A stretch of 43,045 bases of DNA from IMG/VR virus record IMGVR_UViG_3300032326_000838, positions 1 through 43,045 of that record, one strand, 5' to 3'. Shown piece by piece: positions 29,223-37,979 of this stretch (position 1 is the stretch's first letter; every line of letters starts with the position of its first letter). The position numbers were made by a program, and so were the translations under genes. The notes under the pieces were generated by a model. The model was not told the DNA's origin. It did not search any database and was given only the letters and a program-made list of their open reading frames with translations. Origin of the DNA: a virus (taxonomy: Duplodnaviria > Caudoviricetes).

Positions 29223-29246
29223 TGTTCCCAGGGAGTCTAAGGCCTC

Positions 29247-29573
29247 CTAAGAAACAGCCTGTCGCGGCGCAAACGCCACATCGGCAAACCACATATCTCG
29301 CGGGTCGTTGCAATAGTCGATCTGCTCCACTTGGTAGCGCGTCGTCCCGTCGCCGTTCCGCAAAATCAGGTAATCGCCGGCAACAATGCCAACTCCCCAG
29401 CCCGTCATGCGCAGGCGCGTTCCGCCGTCTGCTGCCTGACGAATGCTGTAGTCGTGGCCGTAGTAGCGGCGCGTGTAATCGTGTGTCTGCGGTTGGGCGG
29501 CGGGCTTGGGCTTGACAACTTCAGCCAAATCCTTCAGGAGAACCCTGTCAGAGGGGAGGTTGATGGCGTCCAC
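29247..29573 (-). CDS. hypothetical protein
   Basis: 108-aa ORF filling the gap after the exonuclease. Confidence 0.6.
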   Translation of the reverse strand: MDAINLPSDRVLLKDLAEVVKPKPAAQPQTHDYTRRYYGHDYSIRQAADGGTRLRMTGWGVGIVAGDYLILRNGDGTTRYQVEQIDYCNDPRDMWFADVAFAPRQAVS

Positions 29574-30304
29574 AATCTGGGAACCTGAGTTTCAAAATCG
29601 TATTCACCGGGCCGCAGGATGCGGGCACACCGGGCCTGGGCCAGGGCCTGGCCCTCGGACAGGCCTGCCTTCAGGAAGGCCGCAAGCACGCGCTCCCACA
29701 TGAAGTGCCAGTGCGGGATCCAATCAGAGGAAGCCAGCAAGGCCTCCGCCTTCTTCTCCCCGATACCAGGGCAGCCGGGGTAATGATCCGATCGGTCGCC
29801 AACGAGTGTCTGAGTGAAGAAGCACCGATCGGCTTCAGCCTCGGACTGGACGACAAGCTCACCGTTGCGCAGGTGCTTGCCTGGCACCGTCAACAGATCC
29901 TTGTCCACGCTGGCCATGAAGTCGTCAGGGCCGGCCAGGATGCCCAGGGCGTCGTCGGCCTCCACATTCTGCAGGGTGACAACGTCACACCCGGAACTGA
30001 TGGCCAACCGCTTGACCGCTGCCACCAGCTCGGGCCAGCCGGGGACCTTCTGTTCAGACTTCCGGTTGCTTTTGTATTCGGACCAGATGCCGTAGCGGAA
30101 TGATCGGGCAGAGCTGAAGCACAGGGTTATCGGCAAGCTGGGGTCAAAGGCTCGAATGTCGGCCAGCTTGTCCATGAAGTAGGCCATCGCCTCATCGTGG
30201 CGGCAGCCGATACGCCAGTTGGCTGGCTCCCATTCATAGCTGTACTCGGCGGCCTTGGCGGCGGGCACCAAGAAGCCCTCGGTGTCAATCAGGATGCGGG
30301 ACAT
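29534..30304 (-). CDS. 5'-3' exonuclease (T7 gp6-like)
   Basis: ILIDTE, YKSNR, EADD, DKDL, GDRSDHYPGCPGIG motifs. Confidence 0.93.
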   Translation of the reverse strand: MSRILIDTEGFLVPAAKAAEYSYEWEPANWRIGCRHDEAMAYFMDKLADIRAFDPSLPITLCFSSARSFRYGIWSEYKSNRKSEQKVPGWPELVAAVKRLAISSGCDVVTLQNVEADDALGILAGPDDFMASVDKDLLTVPGKHLRNGELVVQSEAEADRCFFTQTLVGDRSDHYPGCPGIGEKKAEALLASSDWIPHWHFMWERVLAAFLKAGLSEGQALAQARCARILRPGEYDFETQVPRLWTPSTSPLTGFS

Positions 30305-30470
30305 TGGGTAATAAAGGCGGGTTTTTGTTCAGCCATTGATACGGGCCACACCGGCGCCAGCGCTCCAGGTCGTACACCCGGATGGTGACGATTTTCCCCT
30401 TGGCCGTGATGACCTTCCACCCGTAGGCGGGGCCATTCACCAGGTCGATGGTTTCCCGGCGGCCAGGGGG

Positions 30471-31067
30471 TCAGGAGTCGGCATTGCTGGGTGGCAGCAA
30501 CCGCTGCTCTTCGCCGGGCAATGGCAGCGGCCGCCGTGAGCCGGTGGACGCCAGCATCGGTAAACCGTCAGGCCCTGCGGCTATCACGGCCTGCGGGTCA
30601 TGGGCGTGCCATCTAGCTGGCATCAGGGCCAGCTGTGCCGGCGTTGGCTGCAGCCCTGAGGACAGCTCGGGGCGGAACCCCCAGGCCCTGACGGCAAGGC
30701 CCTTCTCGTCGCATCGATACAACGGGGCCATCAGCTCCCGCCAGGTAGGGAACTTGACGAACCCCATACCGGCCGTGCTTTGGATCCACTCGTTTGTCGC
30801 CCAGACCAGCTGCTTGGTGTTGACCTCGGGGAACTGCTCGACAAAGGAGCGGTGCTGCATCAAGGCAACTGCTGGCGTCCAGCGGTCGGACTCCTTTGTC
30901 CGCAGATACCCCCAGATCGTCTCGACGCAAGTGAAGAACCAATTTGCGGCGACGGTCCCTTCCGGCAGGGGAGCAGATGGCGCAGACGGTGGCACCGCTT
31001 TGGTCCCGCCGGCAAATGCCTCCCGTTCAATCGCCGCGAAGTCAATCGGCTCCATGATCGCCTCCAT
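30471..31067 (-). CDS. putative helicase loader/inhibitor (G39P / lambda P-like position)
   Basis: ...QLVWATNEWIQS...KFPTWRELM resembles G39P-type loader motif; follows an initiator-like gene. Confidence 0.45.
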   Translation of the reverse strand: MEAIMEPIDFAAIEREAFAGGTKAVPPSAPSAPLPEGTVAANWFFTCVETIWGYLRTKESDRWTPAVALMQHRSFVEQFPEVNTKQLVWATNEWIQSTAGMGFVKFPTWRELMAPLYRCDEKGLAVRAWGFRPELSSGLQPTPAQLALMPARWHAHDPQAVIAAGPDGLPMLASTGSRRPLPLPGEEQRLLPPSNADS

Positions 31068-31524
31068 AAAGGCCCCCTTCGATCAAGGTCAGCGCCGCCT
31101 GCAGCTGTGACGACTGGGGGCCATGCGACCGCTGCCGTCGCTGTTGCTCCCGCGTCAGTCGCTGAATTTCCTTCTCGACATAGGAGACGTCGAGTTTCAT
31201 CCAGCCGGCAGCAACGGCTTCATCAATCAGTAGGCGCTGTTGCCAGTGAGGCAGCCTGCCCAAGTTGCGGCAGGACAGCTTGAATGCCTGCTGTGTCCAC
31301 GCGGCATTCCTGCCGTGGCGGTTGCGGCGAGCCACGTTCCACCACTCCAAAACCGAAAGGCAGATGTCGGCAGGGATGGGCAGCAGGTCGGTGCCGTGGG
31401 CCCCCAGGTAGGGCATGGCATCGTTCATGGTGATTTCCCAGAAAGCAGCCGGCTTGCGGGACCGCCTGGACGGCAGGGTTACCTCGACCTCCCCGCCGCA
31501 ATGCGGGCATGATGTTGTTTGCAT
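31042..31524 (-). CDS. putative replication initiator C-terminal-like protein
   Basis: N-terminal CPHCG; WWNVARRNRH...WTQQAF...IDEAVAAGWMKL resembles the C-terminal domain of phage replisome organisers. Confidence 0.45.
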   Translation of the reverse strand: MQTTSCPHCGGEVEVTLPSRRSRKPAAFWEITMNDAMPYLGAHGTDLLPIPADICLSVLEWWNVARRNRHGRNAAWTQQAFKLSCRNLGRLPHWQQRLLIDEAVAAGWMKLDVSYVEKEIQRLTREQQRRQRSHGPQSSQLQAALTLIEGGLYGGDHGAD

Positions 31525-31595
31525 CAGGACACCACCAGCCAGCAGGCCCAGGCCAGGATGACCATGCTCCAGACGGAGAAAAGTAATTTCTTCAT
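31524..31595 (-). CDS. 23-aa hydrophobic micro-protein
   Basis: MKKLLFSVWSMVILAWACWLVVS*, TGATG-coupled on both sides. Confidence 0.55.
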   Translation of the reverse strand: MKKLLFSVWSMVILAWACWLVVS

Positions 31596-31669
31596 CAGAG
31601 CCTCGCGCTTTTGGCAGCGAACAGAATCCATATCAATGCAAGAAGGCAAGCAGCAGCGATTGGGTCCAT
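31595..31669 (-). CDS. 24-aa hydrophobic micro-protein
   Basis: MDPIAAACLLALIWILFAAKSARL*. Confidence 0.55.
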   Translation of the reverse strand: MDPIAAACLLALIWILFAAKSARL

Positions 31670-31753
31670 TTACATGCTCCAAAGAATGTCGTTAACAATG
31701 GCGGCAATAATGCCGGTGAAGAAGCAGAAGATTAAGATGTTGTCCTGTGTCAT
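31670..31753 (-). CDS. 27-aa hydrophobic micro-protein
   Basis: MTQDNILIFCFFTGIIAAIVNDILWSM*, ATGA-coupled to the ASCH gene. Confidence 0.55.
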   Translation of the reverse strand: MTQDNILIFCFFTGIIAAIVNDILWSM

Positions 31754-32145
31754 GGCAGCACCCCCGGCACATCAAAGAAGCCAAGTTGACCCTTGACGGG
31801 AACAAATGGCAGCGGCTTTGGGTCGCGCAGAGCAAAACCATAAGGGCCTTGAAACCATGGCGAATCAGATTGATAAACGCAATCCACGAGATTTACGCTG
31901 CCAATGATGCCGCCGCGAGGCAGGTGGGCTAGCTCAAGAGCATCAAGTCTGACTGGGGCAAGGATGCAAGTCGCAAAACTGGCAAAAGCCATAGCCTCTG
32001 TGTATTCCCTTTTTGTCATACGTTTAGCCGCATGAATTAGAATCGGCCCCCGCACTCTGGTCTCCCATGTGCGGTTTTCGATGTCTTTGCCAGCCAACAG
32101 GATCAAGCTGGCCCATGGCTGGCGAATGCTGAGAGCGAGTGTCAT
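31750..32145 (-). CDS. ASCH domain protein
   Basis: ALSIRQPWASLI..GKDIENR...GPILIHA...GQLGFF. Confidence 0.92.
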   Translation of the reverse strand: MTLALSIRQPWASLILLAGKDIENRTWETRVRGPILIHAAKRMTKREYTEAMAFASFATCILAPVRLDALELAHLPRGGIIGSVNLVDCVYQSDSPWFQGPYGFALRDPKPLPFVPVKGQLGFFDVPGVLP

Positions 32146-33320
32146 CCCTGCCCCCCTGGCGCCATTGCGGCCCAGTTGATCTGGATGGCATGGTGCAGGG
32201 TGCCGTCGATCAGGGCATCGGCTACCTCGGCGCGGGTACGGCCGGACAGGGCTTGCATCAGTTCAAGCCGTAGGGCGATCTGGGCATCGACAATCGCCGC
32301 GGCCTCGGCGTCGGTTGCGGGGGCTGCGGCGGTTTGCCGGGGCGTGGGGAAGCCGCCGGCGAAGCGGGCCCTGCCAAAGTCCATGCGGCCAGAACCCTTG
32401 TCAAGCAATACCGTCTCGAGCTCCTGCGGTACGGGGGCCTCCGCCGACTTGATCTCCAGCAGCGCCTCCGACTGCAGCAGATCAGCCACGGCCTCAGCAT
32501 CCAGCGCCCTGCGTGTTGCCGCTGCCGCTTCAGCCTGAGCTGCCGCCACTTTCTGCTCGGCTTCCTCGATCACCTGCAACGCCGCTGCATCGGCTGCCTC
32601 TTGCGCCTTGCGTGCCACCTCGGCGGCGGCATCCTCGGCATCCTTGGCCGCCTTGGCAGCGGCGTCCTTCTCGGCCTGGAGCCGGGCCTCCTCGCGCAAC
32701 CGGGCCAGCTCGGCGGCAGCGGCTTCCTCGGTCACGGCTTTGGCGTGCGCCTCCTTCAGCGCTCGCGCGGTGTCCACCAGCGCTGCCTTGCCTTCAAGGG
32801 TGAACTCTTCCAGCAAGTCCACGGACTGCTCGTACCTCTCCAGCTCCAGCATCATTTCCTTGATGCCTCCTGAGTCAGAGTCAAACGGCACCCGCGCCAA
32901 GTCCTGAACTGTTGAGACCCACAGCCGGTGCTTTGCCACCCGCTCGGCTTCCGCCTTTGCGATGGCATCCAAGGCGTCCTGGTGCGGCTGAATGAGTGCA
33001 GCTACCTGCTCCCGTAAGACGTTCTTCACGCGGTCAATCGCCTTGCCCCGCTCCAAGGTTTCGGCCTTGGCCTCCTTGTGCGCATCGTCAATTCGACCGT
33101 TCAGCCTTCTGAGGCTGAAGACATAGGACTTAGCGGCGGCGATGCCCTTCTTGTCGGTCAGGTCAAAGGCCATTTCGGCGGCCTTGGTCCTGGCCTCCTT
33201 GATGTCTTCTATCAACACCTCGTACTGGGTGATGACGGTGGTCGGTGCCACAAGGGCCAGGGCGTCAGTCGCTGCTGGTGCTTCCGGTGCCTCTGTTACT
33301 GGTGCTTCTGTTGCTGTCAT
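32142..33320 (-). CDS. coiled-coil Ala/Glu-rich phage protein
   Basis: 392 aa; DLTDKKGIAAAKS...GKAID pattern seen in temperate-phage early proteins. Confidence 0.8.
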   Translation of the reverse strand: MTATEAPVTEAPEAPAATDALALVAPTTVITQYEVLIEDIKEARTKAAEMAFDLTDKKGIAAAKSYVFSLRRLNGRIDDAHKEAKAETLERGKAIDRVKNVLREQVAALIQPHQDALDAIAKAEAERVAKHRLWVSTVQDLARVPFDSDSGGIKEMMLELERYEQSVDLLEEFTLEGKAALVDTARALKEAHAKAVTEEAAAAELARLREEARLQAEKDAAAKAAKDAEDAAAEVARKAQEAADAAALQVIEEAEQKVAAAQAEAAAATRRALDAEAVADLLQSEALLEIKSAEAPVPQELETVLLDKGSGRMDFGRARFAGGFPTPRQTAAAPATDAEAAAIVDAQIALRLELMQALSGRTRAEVADALIDGTLHHAIQINWAAMAPGGQG

Positions 33321-33811
33321 GTCGGGTGATTGGCTTTGGTTAGTTGATCAGCGGCGTAGACCGCTACGGCCAGAGCTGACCACACATGGCTCCTAACGCC
33401 ATAGGTGGGGCCTGGGTTCTTCTTGGTGCCGGGTTTCCCCAGTCGGTCGATTAGGGCCTGGCGGACGTTGGGATCCTTGGCCCTGGTGGTGCCGCATAAG
33501 TGCAGCTTGATGTCCTTGCGATAGCAGCGGAGGGAATCACGGCTGGGGTTAAATGCCTCTTCAAACCTGCCAATCCATAGGCAGGTTTCAAAGGTTTCAT
33601 TGCCCACTGGCATCCCGTAACAGGCAATCATTTCGATTGCCAGTATTGGCCCTGGTGATAGGGCTGAGTTAATGTTATGGCATAGCTCTTTTAGGTCATA
33701 GTTACTCATGATACCTGCCTCGTCTATCAACGGAAGTCCGGCAGCGCATGGGTGAAACAAGACAAAGCCTGATTCCGTGGGCCCTGGATCTATCGCAAGG
33801 ACTGAGGTCAA
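33317..33811 (-). CDS. RuvC-like Holliday junction resolvase
   Basis: VLAIDPG, AIE, IKLHLCG..AKD, HVWSALAVA. Confidence 0.8.
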   Translation of the reverse strand: MTSVLAIDPGPTESGFVLFHPCAAGLPLIDEAGIMSNYDLKELCHNINSALSPGPILAIEMIACYGMPVGNETFETCLWIGRFEEAFNPSRDSLRCYRKDIKLHLCGTTRAKDPNVRQALIDRLGKPGTKKNPGPTYGVRSHVWSALAVAVYAADQLTKANHPT

Positions 33812-34128
33812 TCGTCCCCCTCCATCCGATCAAACAGGTTGCCCTGTTGATGCTGCGCAAACAGCTCAAGGTCCTCCGTGTAGGCCCTGGCATACCTGAC
33901 CTTGGCCTTGACTTCGGTGCGCCCGGCCTGCCGGCTGAAGGCAAAACCAAAGGCCATCTTGAACTCACCGCCCTCGGTGCATTTGCTGGCCCGCTCGAAG
34001 TGTTGATCGGGCAGGTAAGAAAAGGCCTCCTTGGCTGTCTTTTTCTCGCGATCAATTTCGGCCAGCTTATCCATGGCGTCGGTGCAATCAACGCCGTTGA
34101 TATGGACCTTGGTTTTACTGAGATCCAT
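33808..34128 (-). CDS. hypothetical protein
   Basis: Coupled ORF in the minus-strand operon. Confidence 0.7.
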   Translation of the reverse strand: MDLSKTKVHINGVDCTDAMDKLAEIDREKKTAKEAFSYLPDQHFERASKCTEGGEFKMAFGFAFSRQAGRTEVKAKVRYARAYTEDLELFAQHQQGNLFDRMEGDD

Positions 34129-34349
34129 CAGCCCTTCCTCGCCGCTTGTTCTTTCGCCTGCCGCAGGTATTCATTGAGATCAGTGAAAACCTGGGACCGG
34201 CACCAACGGAACAATTGCTCGCCGACTGCATCGGCTTCCTCTACCTTGCATTCCTGACTACGGGAGCAGAAGAATTCCCTGTTTTCGTAGTTGCCTGCAT
34301 TGTGCTTGTAGCTAAAGCTGCGGGTGATCGTAGTTAGTTGTGACATCAA
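34128..34349 (-). CDS. hypothetical protein
   Basis: Coupled ORF; ITRSFSYKHNAGNYE. Confidence 0.7.
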   Translation of the reverse strand: MMSQLTTITRSFSYKHNAGNYENREFFCSRSQECKVEEADAVGEQLFRWCRSQVFTDLNEYLRQAKEQAARKG

Positions 34350-34687
34350 GCCCCTCGGGAATCTTCTATATATTTAATAATCTCGTAAATTGTCCCCGCT
34401 CCTTCTTCTAGTTCTTGGCTCTCTCGCCGCAAGTCGGCAACGGTTGCCTCTATTGCCTCGGCTTCAGTGTGGAAAGTGCGGAATGTACCCTTCTGCCTTC
34501 CGTATTCATTCCCGTTAGAGGAACGAATGTATAACGTGTTATCTGTTTCGGCTACGCAGTCAACCGTAGTCAAGGCGATAGGGGTTTGAGATTTGTACGC
34601 TGCCCTGCATTCAGCCAGGGCAGGTGGGCGGTAGAGTTTGATCGGTGGATCGTGATTGACGCGCCTGGAGTAGGCAGGTTTAGCCAT
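34346..34687 (-). CDS. hypothetical protein
   Basis: Start MAKPAYS at 34687; lower GC than neighbours. Confidence 0.6.
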   Translation of the reverse strand: MAKPAYSRRVNHDPPIKLYRPPALAECRAAYKSQTPIALTTVDCVAETDNTLYIRSSNGNEYGRQKGTFRTFHTEAEAIEATVADLRRESQELEEGAGTIYEIIKYIEDSRGA

Positions 34688-34724
34688 AATGCCTCGGTGT
34701 AAGTGGTTATGTGGGCGCTGGGAT

Positions 34725-35393
34725 TCACCAGGGGGTTTCGTCGGTAGACGCAGGCCCGTCGTCATTCGGGACATCAGAGGCGCCCTGCCCCCCCGCTCCG
34801 GCCAGCGCCAGCACCTCTGGGCTATTGGCCCTGGCCCCCTCCTCCGGTGGGCCGAATGCACCGGGAGCCACGGAATCAACTACATAAGGGGCATGGCGCA
34901 GGATGCGCACGGCGAGCAGGTTGAGGCTGAGCCCCTTACCACCGTCCTGGTTGTTCCACAGGTAGGCAGAGAAACCAACCTTCACTAGGGATCCGTTGCC
35001 GATGGCTACGGTCTTGGGCCATGGCTGATTGGCTGCGTCCTCAACCATCGGCGGGGGGAGTTCCGCGCCATTGCGGGTAGCAATGTCCCGGTTAAAAGTG
35101 ATCCGGGTTAGCCCGGTTTCATGCGCCAAACCGTTTTGGTCTGTCTCCGTCTCCTTCTTCCATGGCCTCCCGTTGGGGCCATAGGCTGCGCCTTTGCCGA
35201 ATTTCTCGACAAAGATGGCGTGCAAGGAGCCAATAAAAGCGGCGACGCTTGGAGCAAGTTCGGGGTTATCCAGTTGCAGGACAATTCCGTACTGCATTTT
35301 CTTGGCGCCAGTCGCCTTATTTACCTTTTCCTTTGGCTGAAGAATGTTCGCAAACAAGCAAAGCCCTGGTGGGCTGACAAGCATTTCCGGCAT
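34725..35393 (-). CDS. ssb: single-stranded DNA-binding protein (gp2.5-like)
   Basis: SPPG..FANI, IGNGSLVKV, GLSLNLLAVRI, acidic tail ending in aromatic W; follows RNAP. Confidence 0.85.
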   Translation of the reverse strand: MPEMLVSPPGLCLFANILQPKEKVNKATGAKKMQYGIVLQLDNPELAPSVAAFIGSLHAIFVEKFGKGAAYGPNGRPWKKETETDQNGLAHETGLTRITFNRDIATRNGAELPPPMVEDAANQPWPKTVAIGNGSLVKVGFSAYLWNNQDGGKGLSLNLLAVRILRHAPYVVDSVAPGAFGPPEEGARANSPEVLALAGAGGQGASDVPNDDGPASTDETPW

Positions 35394-35423
35394 CGTCGGG
35401 TGAAAGGGTGTTGTTGATTCGCG

Positions 35424-35437
35424 CTCCACGGCTGGAG
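35424..35437. promoter_or_regulatory. CTNCA-N4-TGNAG box upstream of SSB
   Basis: CTCCA-CGGC-TGGAG with perfect arms. Confidence 0.65.
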
Positions 35438-35446
35438 CACAAAATG

Positions 35447-35475
35447 ATGATGACACCCCAGCGTCAACTTGTCAA
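35447..35475 (-). promoter_or_regulatory. candidate sigma70-type promoter for SSB operon
   Basis: TTGACA-17 nt-CATCAT on the minus strand. Confidence 0.45.
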
Positions 35476-37844
35476 CAAAACGCATATGGGTTTTGGCCAA
35501 TGGCATCCCAGTCCAAGGTCCCCACCATCGGCGGCCTGGGGATGCCAACACCGCTGCGGGCCTTGATCTCACTGCGGATCTGGGCCAGCCAGTCAGTCCA
35601 GTACAGCTCGCTGCTTTGCTGCATCAGCTCCTCGGCCAGCCAGGAGGCATTGGCGGCAGTAGTGGCGAAGCAGTCATGGTTCGTAATGATCCCGTATCGC
35701 TGCTCTCCAGCCTTGTTGATGATGGCCTGGCAAAAGCTGCCATCAAAGCTATGGATCAGATTTGCCATGGATCCCCTGGCGGTTGCCACTCCCCCCAGGG
35801 CAACCTCTGACGCCTTGGCGTCCACCCATCGGCGCTTCCCAGATACCGCCGTCCTGCCGATCGCCACCCGGTCGGGCTCGCGGCCCAGGCGGAGCAGCAT
35901 TCCGCTGGGTGCATGCCATTCGACGTGTTGTTGATGTCTGGCCACGGTGGCGGTGGACTTTCGCATCCAGGTGCGCAGGGCCAGCACGCTGCCCAACTCC
36001 TCCTCGAATACCGCCATCACATGGCGGGCCAGGTATTGGCTGGGACGAATAAGGCGCTTTTCCCATTGGGCCGGCGGCAGGTTGGGGCAGTGCTCCTCCA
36101 GGTCCAGTGCCAGCCGGTCGGCCAGGGACAGAAAGCCGGCGCCGTAGCAGGTGGTCATGGCCGGGGCCTTCATCAATGCTCGATCGATGCCCACCTGCAG
36201 CCACTGCAGGGCCTGCCGCTGGTGGTGCTCGGGCCCGGTGTCCATGTCCTGCCGCAACCGCGCTGTCACCTGCTCCGCTAGGTGCCCGTAGAGATCGACC
36301 GGGGAATCCCCCGTCACCCGGCACCGTGCCGCCAGCGCTGCATCACGGGTCAGGCAGGCAGTGATACCGAACCCTGAGGCGTGTTGATCCATGCGCACCG
36401 GGCACCCGATCGGCTGCCACGGGTCCGCCAGCCAGGCTTGAACGGCAACGCACACCTGCAGGAACTGCCACGGGTCCTTGGCATCCCGCCATAGCCCCAG
36501 CTGGCCCAGCGGATCCTCGGCGGCGGCGACCAGCCGGTCGATCTCCTGCTTCCCCCAGCGGCGGCGCTCTTCGTGGCTTGCCCGGGTCATGCCCCAATGA
36601 CCGGCCGCTGCCCACAGCAACCACTCGAATCCCTCCTCGCCGCAACGGTCACCGCGCAGGCCGATGCAGGCTTTGGAGTAGTCGGGACCCTGGTGGGTGG
36701 CGGCCCGGTTGGCGGTGTAAATCCGCCCCCTGAAATCGAACTCGTAGCTGAACCAAGCGGGGCCCTGGCCCAGGGCCTCCAGCTCCCGGATGCCGGCCTC
36801 GGTGCGCCGGCGGCGGCCACCGTTCTCGGCCCGGTCCCGCTGGGCTGCCACCACCTGCTGCCGCCAGGTATTGATGCCGTCCTTGCCCACCTTCTCCTCA
36901 GGGCGGGGCGGGGCCACCAGTGGATCCCGCTGCACCGGGAACAACGGCAAACCTTGGTCCCAGGCGGTGCGCACCAGGCGAACCATGGGGGCGTCGATCT
37001 CCATGGGCTGGGCCTGAAGCTGATCGGCCACCGCCATCTGAAGGGCCAATGGCTGGTGCTCCAGGTAGGGGGCCCGGACGACGAGGGGTTTGCGGTCACC
37101 ACCCCAGAAGCCGGTCCACTGCTGCGGGGGCTCCAGCATTGGCAGCCTGCGAACACCGCCTTTGGGGGCCGGCGCTGCGGCGATGATTGCCTTGGTTTCG
37201 GGGCTGGCGGCCACCAGATCGCCGGTGCGCACCAGCAGGCCGATGGCTTGGAGCAGGTCTACCAGTAGGCCGCCAACCTCGAAGCGATCGCCCCGGCTCC
37301 AGGGCTCGACCGGCTGCCCCAGGGCCCGAAGCTGTCGCGGCGTGGTGATCGTCGCCTTCTTCATGCGGCGGTTCATCAGCCGGAGGGTGCCGGGGCGATC
37401 GCGTGCCAGGCCAGCACCACGCAGCTCCAGCTCCAGGGCCATACCCATGCTCGATGCCAAGGCCCGATGCCTGTGGGTCTGTGAGATCCCATCGATGGCA
37501 TGGGTCAGTGCCGTGGTGACGAGGGCCTTGATGCCCCCCTTGCCGCCGAAGCTGGCCAGGGCAAACAGTGCGCAACGGTGGGGGCCTGGCACCGAAGGGT
37601 TCAAGAACAGCAATTCGACCGCTTCCCGCAAGCGTTCGCCATAGGCCTCGAACAGCAAACTGCCGTAGGTGGTGTCAGCTTCCCGGCCCTTCTCCCGGCT
37701 GCGACGCTGCCAGGCCATGGCCGCCTGATCGGCCTGAATTTGCGCCGCAGACTTGCAGACTCGCTGGCCGGTAGACAAACGGGATTTGGGGGAGGGCCCC
37801 GAAATACTGGCGCAGACCGCAGAGTTTCCACTCCACCCATGCAA
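35472..37844 (-). CDS. T7-type single-subunit RNA polymerase
   Basis: DFRGRIY, motif A PVRMDQHASG, motif B RALMKAPAMTTCYG, ANLIHSFDGS, motif C NHDCF; exact start uncertain (37844/37778/37719). Confidence 0.93.
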   Translation of the reverse strand: MHGWSGNSAVCASISGPSPKSRLSTGQRVCKSAAQIQADQAAMAWQRRSREKGREADTTYGSLLFEAYGERLREAVELLFLNPSVPGPHRCALFALASFGGKGGIKALVTTALTHAIDGISQTHRHRALASSMGMALELELRGAGLARDRPGTLRLMNRRMKKATITTPRQLRALGQPVEPWSRGDRFEVGGLLVDLLQAIGLLVRTGDLVAASPETKAIIAAAPAPKGGVRRLPMLEPPQQWTGFWGGDRKPLVVRAPYLEHQPLALQMAVADQLQAQPMEIDAPMVRLVRTAWDQGLPLFPVQRDPLVAPPRPEEKVGKDGINTWRQQVVAAQRDRAENGGRRRRTEAGIRELEALGQGPAWFSYEFDFRGRIYTANRAATHQGPDYSKACIGLRGDRCGEEGFEWLLWAAAGHWGMTRASHEERRRWGKQEIDRLVAAAEDPLGQLGLWRDAKDPWQFLQVCVAVQAWLADPWQPIGCPVRMDQHASGFGITACLTRDAALAARCRVTGDSPVDLYGHLAEQVTARLRQDMDTGPEHHQRQALQWLQVGIDRALMKAPAMTTCYGAGFLSLADRLALDLEEHCPNLPPAQWEKRLIRPSQYLARHVMAVFEEELGSVLALRTWMRKSTATVARHQQHVEWHAPSGMLLRLGREPDRVAIGRTAVSGKRRWVDAKASEVALGGVATARGSMANLIHSFDGSFCQAIINKAGEQRYGIITNHDCFATTAANASWLAEELMQQSSELYWTDWLAQIRSEIKARSGVGIPRPPMVGTLDWDAIGQNPYAFC
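37747..37761. repeat. integrase arm-type repeats, RNAP side (GCAGACT x2)
   Basis: gcagactt-gcagact, same unit as at 38008-38036. Confidence 0.6.
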
Positions 37845-37870
37845 GAAGGCCCGGCATTGCTACCGGGCCT
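37841..37870 (-). terminator. terminator-like hairpin between att core and RNAP
   Basis: AGGCCCGGTA-GCAA-TGCCGGGCCT then TCTT (GNRA loop). Confidence 0.7.
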
Positions 37871-37908
37871 GTCGTGGTGGATGTTCTGCAGGGGTGCATC
37901 TATCGCTA

Positions 37909-37951
<43 letters not shown>

Positions 37952-37979
37952 GCTTGTTACCGCAATGGGTTTGCCGTTT

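Noticed and set aside
33321-33329. TCACCCGAC as the phage RNAP promoter (shares CACCCG with the Syn5 promoter as I recall it)
   Set aside because: Conservation is only 9 bp and its position tracks start codons, including early genes; the 14-bp box fits promoter positions better
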